Shown here one piece after another: positions 26,628 through 35,721 of a DNA stretch of 61,189 nt. Each line of letters starts with the position of its first letter. Positions within the stretch are counted from its first letter, which is position 1. The position numbers and the translations under genes were made by a program. A model generated the notes under the pieces. It was not told where the DNA came from. It searched no databases and saw nothing but the letters and a program-made list of their open reading frames with translations. This stretch comes from Patescibacteria group bacterium (GTDB lineage Bacteria > Patescibacteriota > Patescibacteriia > Patescibacteriales > UBA12465), in NCBI GenBank assembly GCA_028681575.1, contig JAQUHX010000003.1, positions 1 through 61,189 on the forward strand, written 5' to 3'.

Positions 26628-27995
26628 ATGTTAGAAGCGAGTATTTTTAGAGCCTATGATATCCGCGGCATCTACGAAAAAGATTTTGATGATAACGCGG
26701 CTTATCAAATTGCCAGCGCCTATGTAGCCCTGCGTCGTTTAGACGATGATTGCCCTTCAGAAAAACCCTTGAAGATTGCGGTTGGCAGTGATATGCGTCT
26801 TTCTTCTCCTAAACTTAAAGCGGAAATTTTAAAAGCATTAAGCGCTAATGGTATAATTGTTTACGACTTAGGCTTAGTATCAACGCCTGCTTTTTATTTT
26901 GCAGTTTCCAGTCAAGACTTAGATGGCGGGATAATGATTTCTGCCTCACACAACCCTGGAAACTGGAATGGCTTTAAATTGGTGCGTCGCCAAGCAACGC
27001 CAATTTCTGAAAATAGCGGCCTTCTTTGGATGCGTGATTGGATTTTAAGAGGTGAAAAATTAGATTCTCAGACAAAACTAGGAATAGAAGAAATAAAAGA
27101 CATCCCCGAAAAGCAATGGGAACATGACCAAAAATACACCAACCTAAAAAAAATTAAACCACAAAAAATTGTCGCTGACACGGCTAACGGGATGGGGGCT
27201 GAATATTTAAATATTTTAGCTAAAAATCTGCCCGGGGAATTTATTAAAATAAATTTTGAACTTAACGGAAACTTCCCCGCTCATGAAGCTGATCCTATAA
27301 AACCCGAAAATCTTAAACAGCTTCAAATGTCAGTTTTAGAGAATAAAGCTGATTTGGGCATTGCTACCGATGGCGATGGTGATCGAATTTTCTTTGTTGA
27401 CGAAAAAGGAAACTTAGTTGAGCCCGCGATTATTCGCGGACTCTTAGCTCGCTCTTTTCTAAAAGACCGACCCGGGGCAAAAATTGGTCACGATGTACGA
27501 CCAGGAAAAATCACTGAAGATTTAATCTTGGCTAGCAACGGAAAACCAGTGCTCACGCGCGTTGGCCACTCCTTGATTAAAGAGCAAATGCTTAATGAGG
27601 ATATTTATTTTGCTGGCGAATCTTCGGGGCACTTTTTTCTCAATTTACCCTTGGGTTGTTTTGAAATGCCCAACATTATGATTTTACGGCTACTGGAAGA
27701 ATTTTCCCAGGCAGAAAAACCACTTAGTGAATATTTAAAACCTTTTAGAAAATACTATAGCTCTGGAGAAATAAATCGCGAGGTCCTTAACAAAAAAGAA
27801 ATATTTAACCTACTAGCAGAAAAATATGCCCCCGGAGAATTGGTTTTTTTAGACGGTATTACCGTGACTTACCCTAATTATTGGTTTAACGTTCGCGCCT
27901 CAAACACAGAAAACAAAATCCGTCTAAACCTAGAAGCAACAACCAATGAGCTTATGATAGAAAAACGAGATGAAATTTTAAAACTCTTAAAATAA
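26628..27995 (+). CDS. phosphomannomutase/phosphoglucomutase (alpha-D-phosphohexomutase)
   Basis: 455 aa. MISASHNPGNWNGFK (phosphoserine loop), GIATDGDGDR (metal loop) and GESSGH sugar loop. Confidence 0.9.
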   Translation: MLEASIFRAYDIRGIYEKDFDDNAAYQIASAYVALRRLDDDCPSEKPLKIAVGSDMRLSSPKLKAEILKALSANGIIVYDLGLVSTPAFYFAVSSQDLDGGIMISASHNPGNWNGFKLVRRQATPISENSGLLWMRDWILRGEKLDSQTKLGIEEIKDIPEKQWEHDQKYTNLKKIKPQKIVADTANGMGAEYLNILAKNLPGEFIKINFELNGNFPAHEADPIKPENLKQLQMSVLENKADLGIATDGDGDRIFFVDEKGNLVEPAIIRGLLARSFLKDRPGAKIGHDVRPGKITEDLILASNGKPVLTRVGHSLIKEQMLNEDIYFAGESSGHFFLNLPLGCFEMPNIMILRLLEEFSQAEKPLSEYLKPFRKYYSSGEINREVLNKKEIFNLLAEKYAPGELVFLDGITVTYPNYWFNVRASNTENKIRLNLEATTNELMIEKRDEILKLLK

Positions 27996-28010
27996 TTTAT
28001 GCCCCCCTAA

Positions 28011-28037
28011 AAGCCCCTGATAAACCAGGGGCTTTTT
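28011..28037 (+). terminator. intrinsic terminator after the phosphohexomutase gene
   Basis: aagcccctg / ataaac / caggggctt stem followed by a T-run ending at 28037. Confidence 0.7.
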
Positions 28038-28038
28038 G

Positions 28039-28749
28039 TTAATCATCTTTTTTAAGACTTGGCTTCTTATAGTAATAAGAATTAAAGATAATAAAAAGCA
28101 TTTCCAACTGATTAACGGCCGAGGTAATCATAAAACGCTGATTTTTATCCTTTACGTCAGTGCTTAAAATGCAAAAAGCTTTAAGATTAAAATTATTCTG
28201 TTGTGAAGCAACAATAGAGCAGCCTTCGACAGAACAATCACCATTAAGCAATTCTTGATTTTCAAGTTTAATTTTTTCCACTTTTTTATTGCCTCGACTA
28301 ATAAAATACTCATGCAAAGTTTTACCCTGGTCTAACTCCACAATTCGCAATAAAACCCAATCTGTTGGAATAATAGATAAAATTCTTTCAGCGGTATGGG
28401 TAAAAACAGCTTGAATATCTTTTTGACTTTCTGGGTATTTATTAAAATTAGAAAAAACTTTTTTCATTTCTTCCAACTGTAAATTAATTGAACCAATATA
28501 CTTAAAAGTTTCCCGAAGGCGCTCCTCTAAATCATCTTGAGTTTTTTTATATTTTTCAACTTCTTTAAAATAAACGCCTAGCAAAAAAGTGAGAAAAACA
28601 AAAAGAATAGTAATAATTAAAGAAGCAGAAAATTCTTCAGTTAAACGAAACAATCTTATTTGCAATAAAGGCGTCCCGACTACAAATAAAATATTTAAAA
28701 CAATTAAAGTCAAAACAAAATTCTGAAGACGTTTATATTTCTTGGTCAT
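28039..28749 (-). CDS. hypothetical membrane protein (2 TM plus cytoplasmic domain)
   Basis: 236-aa ORF. Two N-terminal hydrophobic helices, a charged coiled-coil segment and a C-terminal domain with no motif I recognise. Confidence 0.55.
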   Translation of the reverse strand: MTKKYKRLQNFVLTLIVLNILFVVGTPLLQIRLFRLTEEFSASLIITILFVFLTFLLGVYFKEVEKYKKTQDDLEERLRETFKYIGSINLQLEEMKKVFSNFNKYPESQKDIQAVFTHTAERILSIIPTDWVLLRIVELDQGKTLHEYFISRGNKKVEKIKLENQELLNGDCSVEGCSIVASQQNNFNLKAFCILSTDVKDKNQRFMITSAVNQLEMLFIIFNSYYYKKPSLKKDD

Positions 28750-28760
28750 AATTTTAATTT

Positions 28761-29912
28761 TTAAAAACTCTTTTTTTTATCAACTGGCGGATTTAAATAA
28801 TAAGCTGCCAAAAAAGTCGCAAGCGGAGCAGCCAAACAAATTCCAATTACCCCTACCAGCGTTCGAACAATTTCTGTAGCAATATTTTCATTATTAATTA
28901 TTTGAGCTGTTGTTAAAAATGGTTCTTGATGAACATTGAACAAGAGAACCAAGGGCAATGAAGCACTAACATAGGCTAAAAATAGAGTATTAATAATTGC
29001 TCCCAAGTGAGTACGGGAAATTTTTAAACCCATTTTAAAAATCCGCTGTGGTTTTAATTCCGGGTTTGCTTCTTTAAGTTGATAAACCGCCTCAATTTGA
29101 CCAACAACAATATCATCTAAAACACCTAAGGCGCCAATAATTATTGAGGCGAGTAAAAGACGGTGAAAACTAATTGGAACATCAAGACTATCAATTAGAA
29201 AAATAACTTCTTCATTACCGGCTCCAGACAAACGACCAGCGGAACCAAAAATCCAAGCCAAAAGAGCGGTAATCAACAAAGAAACGATGATGCTTAAAAC
29301 GGCCAAGTGGGCCTTTTTGTTTAACCCCTCAGTTAGATAGATTAAAGCTAAAAGAATTAAAGCGGCAATACTGATTCCAGTCCATAAAGGATCCCAGCCT
29401 TTAAAAAGCAAGGGGACTAAAACTTTAATTATTAAAAGGAAGGTTAAAGTTAAGGACAAAAGAGATAAAAGGCCTTTTTTACCACCTACTAGCAAAACTA
29501 TAACAACAAAAAGTAGCCCTAAATAAATTAATGTCGGGGTGCGAACAAAATCAATAATATAAAAACTATATTCCCCGTCTTCATTTTTATCATAACTCAC
29601 AACAACCTTGTCTCCGACTTTATAGTTCTGAGCAGCGACAACATCTAATTCTGAGATACCGTAATAATTTTTAACTTGCCCCTTAAAAGAGCCGGTTAAA
29701 ATTCCCAGCTCTAAATTTTGTTGAGTAACCTCTTGTCCATTTTCGCGCTCAAAATTACGCTCTTCAACTATTTTTAAAACCTCAGCCTCAGCTGTTAGGG
29801 CTTTAGCTGGTTCTAAGTTTGAATTGGCAACAACTTCTTGCGCTTGAGCTGGAAAAGCAAAAAAGGACAAAAATAGAGCGGCCCCAATAAATAAATATAA
29901 AATTTTCCTCAT
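28761..29912 (-). CDS. YibE/F-family membrane protein
   Basis: 383 aa. Signal peptide, an extracytoplasmic beta-rich N-domain, then about 7 TM helices with LGVLDDIVVGQ and a TLFLAYVSASLPLVLL-type segment, as I recall for YibE/F proteins. Confidence 0.5.
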   Translation of the reverse strand: MRKILYLFIGAALFLSFFAFPAQAQEVVANSNLEPAKALTAEAEVLKIVEERNFERENGQEVTQQNLELGILTGSFKGQVKNYYGISELDVVAAQNYKVGDKVVVSYDKNEDGEYSFYIIDFVRTPTLIYLGLLFVVIVLLVGGKKGLLSLLSLTLTFLLIIKVLVPLLFKGWDPLWTGISIAALILLALIYLTEGLNKKAHLAVLSIIVSLLITALLAWIFGSAGRLSGAGNEEVIFLIDSLDVPISFHRLLLASIIIGALGVLDDIVVGQIEAVYQLKEANPELKPQRIFKMGLKISRTHLGAIINTLFLAYVSASLPLVLLFNVHQEPFLTTAQIINNENIATEIVRTLVGVIGICLAAPLATFLAAYYLNPPVDKKKSF

Positions 29913-29984
29913 TTAATAATTATAGCAAAGAAAGGGGAATGTAAAAAAGAGGAACCTATAATTAAAAGTTTTGCGCCCCTAAGC

Positions 29985-30030
29985 AAAAAACGAGCTTTTA
30001 GACTCGTCTTTTCTTTAATGGGGTGGCTAA
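29985..30030 (-). repeat. direct repeat copy A: terminator hairpin plus a fragment resembling the tRNA-His 3' end
   Basis: aaaaaacgagcttttagactcgtcttttc....ggggtggcta, compared with copy B at 30566-30612 (aaaaaacgagcttttaaactcgtcttctc...ggggtgccta). The hairpin is acgag/ctcgt. Confidence 0.7.
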
Positions 30031-30072
30031 GCGCAAAGCTTGGCAAACTTTTTTGATGGAATATTTGGTAAA

Positions 30073-30492
30073 TTAAGTTGCCAGATACTTCTTTGCCTTT
30101 TTGGCCGCAATCTTACTATTTATATTATGCCACTGAATTTTTTCTATATCGCTAAAATTAACCCATTTACTATCCATGTGTTCAACACTAATCTTTACGG
30201 GCCCTCCTCCGCTTAATTTACACAAATAAAACACTGAGTATTTTGCCGGATTTTCTATTCCCCATCTAGCTGTATGAAGTGGTGCTATGATTTTTATTTT
30301 CAAGCCCGTTTCTTCAAGTACTTCTCGTTTTAAGCCAATTTCTGGCTGCTCCTCTTTTTCTAATCTGCCACCTGGAAACATCCACATATCCTTAGTGAAC
30401 TCTTTATTAATGGGTAACTTTAAAATTAAAAATTCTCCTTTTTTATTTATAATAACTCCATATTCACCGATATTACATTTTAATTTACTCAT
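30073..30492 (-). CDS. NUDIX hydrolase
   Basis: 139 aa. Nudix box GGRLEKEEQPEIGLKREVLEETGL (GX5EX7REUXEEXGU). Confidence 0.9.
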   Translation of the reverse strand: MSKLKCNIGEYGVIINKKGEFLILKLPINKEFTKDMWMFPGGRLEKEEQPEIGLKREVLEETGLKIKIIAPLHTARWGIENPAKYSVFYLCKLSGGGPVKISVEHMDSKWVNFSDIEKIQWHNINSKIAAKKAKKYLAT

Positions 30493-30565
30493 ATCTTGAT
30501 ATTTTAATAAATATTAAATTATTATAACATATTTTTTAAAACTCTTTTTATACTCCAATATCAAA

Positions 30566-30612
30566 GAAAAAACGAGCTTTTAAACTCGTCTTCTCAACTA
30601 GGGGTGCCTATC
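30566..30612 (-). repeat. direct repeat copy B: genuine tRNA-His 3' end plus its downstream terminator hairpin
   Basis: See copy A. In the hairpin part, 16 + 9 identical nt are interrupted by single substitutions. The element is preceded (in transcript sense) by the tRNA-His acceptor 3' strand. Confidence 0.7.
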
Positions 30613-30674
30613 GGGAATCGAACCCGAGATAACAGGACCACAACCTGCTGTGTTACCATTACACCATAGGCACC
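30601..30674 (-). tRNA. tRNA-His (anticodon GTG)
   Basis: Reverse strand: extra G-1 (g gtgccta...taggcac c), D-arm gtgtaatggtaacac, anticodon loop ttGTGgt, T-arm tcgggttcgattcccga. Confidence 0.9.
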
Positions 30675-30702
30675 ATTAAGACGCTAAGATAGCGCCTAGA
30701 AC

Positions 30703-30843
30703 TTATTCTTTTTCTGTTTTAGAAAAATCGCCCGGCTCTTCGCCACAAGAATGTGGACAATTAGAGCAATTACAACCCCCAAAACCTAAAAGCGCCTCTA
30801 GTTGCGCCACCTCTTCCTCGCTTAATTCTTGATCTTTTTCCAT
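30703..30843 (-). CDS. small Cys-rich peptide ORF (46 aa), not in the ORF track
   Basis: Own translation of the reverse strand: MEKDQELSEEEVAQLEALLGFGGCNCSNCPHSCGEEPGDFSKTEKE*. It fills the spacer between tRNA-Arg(TCT) and tRNA-His on the same strand. There is no obvious SD. Confidence 0.45.
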   Translation of the reverse strand: MEKDQELSEEEVAQLEALLGFGGCNCSNCPHSCGEEPGDFSKTEKE

Positions 30844-30857
30844 ATTTTTTATATAAA

Positions 30858-30932
30858 TGGTGCGCCCGGGAGGAATCGAACCCCCATAACCAGCTTAGAA
30901 GGCTGGTGTTCTATCCATTGAACTACGGGCAC
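30858..30932 (-). tRNA. tRNA-Arg (anticodon TCT), CCA encoded
   Basis: Reverse strand: gtgcccg...cgggcgc a cca, anticodon stem ccagc/gctgg with loop ctTCTaa, T-arm gggggttcgattcctcc. It is the only tRNA in the window with a genomic CCA. Confidence 0.9.
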
Positions 30933-30988
30933 TTAACTTCTCGGGCTGAATAGATTTTACAAAAACACTCACTAAAAGTCAACGAAAA

Positions 30989-31756
30989 TTAAATAAAACC
31001 TCGCTGCCGTTGAGCTTCAAACAATAAAACTGCTGCCGCCACCGAAACATTTAAAGAGTCCACCCCTGATCGCATCGGAATTTTAACAACTTCAGCTTCA
31101 CTGTTTAACCAAGCCGAAGACAAGCCAAAAGCTTCAGACCCTAAAACAAAAGCTGTTTTAGAAGTATAGTCCAGACTAGTGTAGACTTTAGCCTCTTTTA
31201 AAGCGCTTACATAGATATTAATTTGTTGCCTTTTTAAAAATTCTACCGTCTCTTTAAAGGGAGCAATAATTATTGGTAATTTAAAAATCAAGCCTTCACT
31301 AGAACGGATGACGTTTGGGTTATAAAAATCAGTTTTTAAATCATTAATAATTACAAGCTCTGCTTGAGCGGCATAAGCACTTCTAATAATTGCTCCTAAA
31401 TTACCAGGCTTTTCAACTGCTTCTAAAACAACCACCAGGGCTCGTTTAGATAATTTCAAATCTTCTAGTCTTAAATTTCGACGCTTAAATATAGCTGCCA
31501 CACCATCAGGATTTTCCTTAAAACTTATTTTCCTAAAAACCGCCTCACTAACCAATGTTAAATTTGTTAACTTTAGGGGGGTTTTTGCTAATGACTCAGA
31601 AAAAAAGATAGTCTCAGGAATCCAGCCAGAATCTAAAGCAGCTAAAACCTCCCGTCTTCCGTCAACAAAAAATAAACCCAGCTCTTTTCGACTAGTATTC
31701 TTTGTTCTTAATTTAACTGCTTTTTTTATTAAATTGTTATTTAAACTCGAAATCAT
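30989..31756 (-). CDS. TrmH/SpoU-family RNA 2'-O-methyltransferase
   Basis: 255 aa. VLEAVEKPGNLGAIIRSAYA, LGSEAFGLS and MRSGVDSLNVSVAAAVLLFE are the three SpoU motifs. Confidence 0.85.
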   Translation of the reverse strand: MISSLNNNLIKKAVKLRTKNTSRKELGLFFVDGRREVLAALDSGWIPETIFFSESLAKTPLKLTNLTLVSEAVFRKISFKENPDGVAAIFKRRNLRLEDLKLSKRALVVVLEAVEKPGNLGAIIRSAYAAQAELVIINDLKTDFYNPNVIRSSEGLIFKLPIIIAPFKETVEFLKRQQINIYVSALKEAKVYTSLDYTSKTAFVLGSEAFGLSSAWLNSEAEVVKIPMRSGVDSLNVSVAAAVLLFEAQRQRGFI

Positions 31757-31810
31757 TTTTTAATTATAACACAATAAGCTTATTTTTCTCTATAGAAAAA
31801 AAACCTTCTG

Positions 31811-31819
31811 TGCTATAAT
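31811..31819 (+). promoter_or_regulatory. extended -10 promoter element for the PBP gene
   Basis: TGCTATAAT (TGnTATAAT) lies 22 nt upstream of the ATG at 31841. No good -35 is present. Confidence 0.45.
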
Positions 31820-31840
31820 TTTGAATATACTTATTATTTT

Positions 31841-34300
31841 ATGCCTAAAAACCAAGTAAGAATCAATCAGTCGCCCAAGCTTAGCCGAAACAAGAGTTCT
31901 GACCGGCAGCGTGTTTATTCTAATCAAAATTTTAAAGAAACCCCTAAAAACAAGAAGAAAATTAACCCAGACCATCGCCACGCGAACTTAAGCCACAGAA
32001 AAACAAAAAAAATTGAAATTCCTAAAAAACCGTCAAACCAAAAACGTGTTTGGATTAAAAGAATTGTCGCTGTTTGTTTAATTCTAGCCGCCCTCCTGGT
32101 TTTGACTGGTTTTTTTGTGGTTGCTTGGCTAGGTCGTGATTTGCCTAATCCAAACCAGCTAATGAATCGCGAGATTGCTCAGAGCACCCGTATTTATGAT
32201 CGTAGTGGCCAACATATTTTATACGAAGTCCACGGTAATGAAAAAAGAACTTTAGTTTCCCTGGAAGAAATCCCTGAATATGCACAAAAGGCAACTATTG
32301 CTATTGAGGATAAGAATTTTTATGAACATGGGGGTTTTAGTGTTTGGGCAATGGCTAGAACCATGATTACTAATGTTATCTACAATCGCCGCGCTGGTGG
32401 TTCCACTCTAACTCAGCAATTTATAAAAAACGCTGTTTTAACGAATGAAAAAAGTATTACTCGAAAAATTAAAGAATTAATTCTCGCCCAAAAATTAGAA
32501 AAACGCTTTTCTAAAGATGAAATTTTACAGATGTATCTAAACGAAATCCCTTATGGTTCTAATGCTTACGGGATTCAGGCCGCTAGTCAAAAATATTTTA
32601 ATAAAAATGTTGGCGACATTACAATCGCCGAAGCTGCTGTTTTAGCCGCTCTAACCCAATCTCCTAGTCGTTATTCTCCTTATGGACCTAATAAAGATTT
32701 ATTATTAGGTCGAAAAGATTATATTTTAGGATTAATGGAAGAGCAGGGATATATTAGTGAAAGCGAAAAAGAACAGGCAAAAAATCAAGAAATTATTTTT
32801 TCCAACCCAGAAACAAGCATCTTTGCTCCTCATTTTGTTATGTATGTTAAAAGTTTGCTTTCTGAAAAATATGGCGAAAAAACTTTAGAACAAGGGGGTT
32901 TAAAAATTATCACCACTCTTGATTACGACAAACAAAAGATTGCCGACGAGGTAATTGCTGAGCTTACTGAAAATTATCAAGAAAAGTATAACGCCAACAA
33001 CGCCGCTTTAGTTTCTTTAGATCCTAAAAATGGCCAAGTTTTAGCAATGGTTGGCTCACGAAATTTCTTCGACAAAGAAATTGCTGGCCAAGTTAACGTG
33101 GTCACCAGCTCCCGTCAACCAGGTTCTTCTATTAAACCTATTGTTTATGCTGCCTTATTTGAAAAAGGCGCTTACAATCCCAACACTATAGTCTTTGACA
33201 CTGTTACTGATTTTGGTAATTATTCACCAAAAAATTACAACTTAAAAGAATACGGACCGGTAAGTTTACGCCAAGCCCTAGCCGGATCTTTAAATATTTC
33301 CGCTGTTAAGGTTTTATATCTGGCTGGCTTAAAAAATGTTATTTCTCTAGCCGAGTCTTTAGGATATAAAAATTTAAGTGAAGGGGTTGGCCTCTCTTTG
33401 GTCCTAGGCGGCGCCGAGGTTCGTTTATTAGATCACGCTAACGCTTTTAGTGCTTTAGCTCGTGACGGGGAAGTTAGCCCCCCTAGCGTTATTTTAAAAG
33501 TGGAGGATAAAGAAGGAAATGTTCTTGAAGAATGGAAAGTAAATAAAAAAAATATTTTAACCTCGGAAACAGCCCGTATGGTAACCAGTATTTTAATTGA
33601 TAACAATGCACGCTCTTTCGTTTTTGGCTCAAAAAACCATCTAACTTTAAGTGATCGTGAGGTAGCGGCTAAAACCGGAACAACCAACGAATTTAGAGAT
33701 GCTTGGACAATTGGTTATACCCCCTCTTTAGTTACTGGTGTTTGGATAGGAAACACTGATAACACAAAAATGAATCCTGGATCTGATGGTAGTGTTATAG
33801 CGGCGCCAGTTTGGCAAAAATTTATGTCTCGTGTTTTAGAAGGAACCCCAAAAGAAACCTTTAAACAACCAAAAATAGAAAAAACCGGAAAAGCTATTTT
33901 AGATGGCGAACGACCGATTATTGGTGAGTTATATCTTGATAGTCGCACTAAAATGCCTGCCAGTCCTAACACTCCGCCAGAATTTTTAGAGATAAAAGAA
34001 CTAAGCGATAACCACTCAATTCTTTTTTATTTAGACAAAGACAATCCCTTAGGAGACCCACCTAATAATCCAGAAAATGACCCTCAATTCAATAAGTGGG
34101 AGGAAGGTATTAAAAGTTGGACGGAAAAAAATTGGGAATTTATGTCAACCCCAGAACAACCACTTCCACCACCACTTATAGAAATTGCCACCACCACCGA
34201 AGATATAGACACTGATTTAACTGATGGTGAATTCTCCACCTCAACCGAAGCAATCTCAACAAGCACAATTATTTTTCCTCTTGATAAAATTGAAGATTAA
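31841..34300 (+). CDS. class A penicillin-binding protein (glycosyltransferase + transpeptidase, PBP1A type)
   Basis: 819 aa. GT51 motifs EDKNFYEHGG, GGSTLTQQ and RKIKELILA. Transpeptidase motifs SSIKP (SxxK), SLN and KTGTT. It has a basic N-tail plus one TM, and a Pro/Thr-rich C-tail. Confidence 0.92.
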   Translation: MPKNQVRINQSPKLSRNKSSDRQRVYSNQNFKETPKNKKKINPDHRHANLSHRKTKKIEIPKKPSNQKRVWIKRIVAVCLILAALLVLTGFFVVAWLGRDLPNPNQLMNREIAQSTRIYDRSGQHILYEVHGNEKRTLVSLEEIPEYAQKATIAIEDKNFYEHGGFSVWAMARTMITNVIYNRRAGGSTLTQQFIKNAVLTNEKSITRKIKELILAQKLEKRFSKDEILQMYLNEIPYGSNAYGIQAASQKYFNKNVGDITIAEAAVLAALTQSPSRYSPYGPNKDLLLGRKDYILGLMEEQGYISESEKEQAKNQEIIFSNPETSIFAPHFVMYVKSLLSEKYGEKTLEQGGLKIITTLDYDKQKIADEVIAELTENYQEKYNANNAALVSLDPKNGQVLAMVGSRNFFDKEIAGQVNVVTSSRQPGSSIKPIVYAALFEKGAYNPNTIVFDTVTDFGNYSPKNYNLKEYGPVSLRQALAGSLNISAVKVLYLAGLKNVISLAESLGYKNLSEGVGLSLVLGGAEVRLLDHANAFSALARDGEVSPPSVILKVEDKEGNVLEEWKVNKKNILTSETARMVTSILIDNNARSFVFGSKNHLTLSDREVAAKTGTTNEFRDAWTIGYTPSLVTGVWIGNTDNTKMNPGSDGSVIAAPVWQKFMSRVLEGTPKETFKQPKIEKTGKAILDGERPIIGELYLDSRTKMPASPNTPPEFLEIKELSDNHSILFYLDKDNPLGDPPNNPENDPQFNKWEEGIKSWTEKNWEFMSTPEQPLPPPLIEIATTTEDIDTDLTDGEFSTSTEAISTSTIIFPLDKIED

Positions 34301-34306
34301 AAAAAA

Positions 34307-34333
34307 GCCACCCCTTTAGGGGTGACTTTTTTT
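34307..34333. terminator. bidirectional intrinsic terminator
   Basis: cacccc / ttta / ggggtg hairpin with A8 before it and T7 after it, between the convergent PBP gene and dnaN. Confidence 0.7.
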
Positions 34334-34348
34334 ATTTATTAAACACGC

Positions 34349-35479
34349 CTACTGTTTAATTGGCATTACAACATAACAATAAGATGTATCTGTATTACTT
34401 GTTAATAAACATGGAGTATTTGAACTATTTATTCCAATACTAGCCTCATCGCCATTTAAATTATTTAAACCATCAACTAAATAACGGTAGTTAATTGCTA
34501 TTTCGTTATCAGGACCAGAAACATCAGCTGCAACCTCTACTCGACTCTCACCAGTTTGACCAGAAGAAGCAGAAATAATAATTTTTCCACTTAAAAGTTC
34601 TAAATTAATATCATTAATACCAATTTTAGAAAAAATAGCCGTTGCTTTTACCGCTCTTAACAATTCAGAACGCTTAACCTTTACTATTGTTTGATTTTTA
34701 TCGGGAATAATTTGCTTATAGTCAGGGTACTGGCCATTAATTAATCTAGATACTAATTCAACAGAATCAACAGAAAACAATATTTGATTATCCGAAACGG
34801 CAATTTTTACCCCCTCATTAGAACTAGCTTCTAAATTTTCATTAGAGTAGCCACTTAAGATTCTTAATAATTCTTGAATTGTTCGAGCGGGAACAATTAT
34901 TCTTTGTTTAGTAAAATCGCCTTTTGCTTTAATTAATAATTTTTTTTCTGCTAAACGATAACTATCAGTGGCCGCTAAAGTTAATTCATTATCTTCAAAA
35001 TTAAATAAAACACCTGCTAATTCAACTCGATTATCATTAACTGAGGCAGAAAAAATGACACTATTTAGAGCTTGACGAAGATCTTCAGCCTGACAATAAT
35101 AATAATTATTTTGATCAACATTAGGAATTAAAGGAAATTCTTGAGCTGATTCGCCTCTAATTTTTGTTTGATAATTTAAACATTCTATTTGCAAAGCTTC
35201 GTCATTATCAGTTGTTAATAATATATTTTCTTCAGGTAATAAATTAATATATTCAGTAATAATTTTTGAATCGACAGTAAATTCCCCCTCTTCTTCAATT
35301 TTTCCACGCAATTGATAAATAATTCCAATCTCTAAATTAGTACTAACTAATTCAATTGCTCCTTTTTTTGCTTTAATTAAAATATTACTAAGAATTGGTA
35401 AATTTATATTTTTACCTGTTCCATGACTAGTAATCGAGAGAGCTTTTTTTAAATTTTCTTGTGTGCTTATTAAACGCAT
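34349..35479 (-). CDS. dnaN: DNA polymerase III beta sliding clamp
   Basis: 376 aa, three-domain clamp pattern (LPILSNILI, TDSYRLA, LINGQYPDY), immediately downstream of dnaA. Confidence 0.93.
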   Translation of the reverse strand: MRLISTQENLKKALSITSHGTGKNINLPILSNILIKAKKGAIELVSTNLEIGIIYQLRGKIEEEGEFTVDSKIITEYINLLPEENILLTTDNDEALQIECLNYQTKIRGESAQEFPLIPNVDQNNYYYCQAEDLRQALNSVIFSASVNDNRVELAGVLFNFEDNELTLAATDSYRLAEKKLLIKAKGDFTKQRIIVPARTIQELLRILSGYSNENLEASSNEGVKIAVSDNQILFSVDSVELVSRLINGQYPDYKQIIPDKNQTIVKVKRSELLRAVKATAIFSKIGINDINLELLSGKIIISASSGQTGESRVEVAADVSGPDNEIAINYRYLVDGLNNLNGDEASIGINSSNTPCLLTSNTDTSYCYVVMPIKQ

Positions 35480-35719
35480 ATTATATTAGTTATATAATAT
35501 ATATAAATAATAACAATAATAAGGGTGGGAATAATTTTAACAATTTTAATAAAGAGGCTGAATTAATTAAGGTTATTATAATTTTTACTTGTTAATTAGT
35601 TATGGGTAATAGGTTTATTAAAGATTAATAAAAAGGTGATAACTTTTAAATTTTTAATAGTTATACCCAAATAAATTAATTAATAACAAACTATCACCTT
35701 TAAAAGAACAGTTTATCCA
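35480..35719. other. candidate oriC half: AT-rich dnaA-dnaN spacer (possible DNA-unwinding element)
   Basis: 240-bp non-coding spacer. It contains an almost pure A/T run at 35478-35522 (atattatattagttatataatatatataaataataacaataataa) and several degenerate TTATNCACA-like words. Confidence 0.45.
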
Positions 35720-35721
35720 CT
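35713..35721 (+). promoter_or_regulatory. DnaA-box-like 9-mer (8/9 match)
   Basis: ttatccact versus consensus TTATCCACA. It overlaps the dnaA stop codon. Confidence 0.4.
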
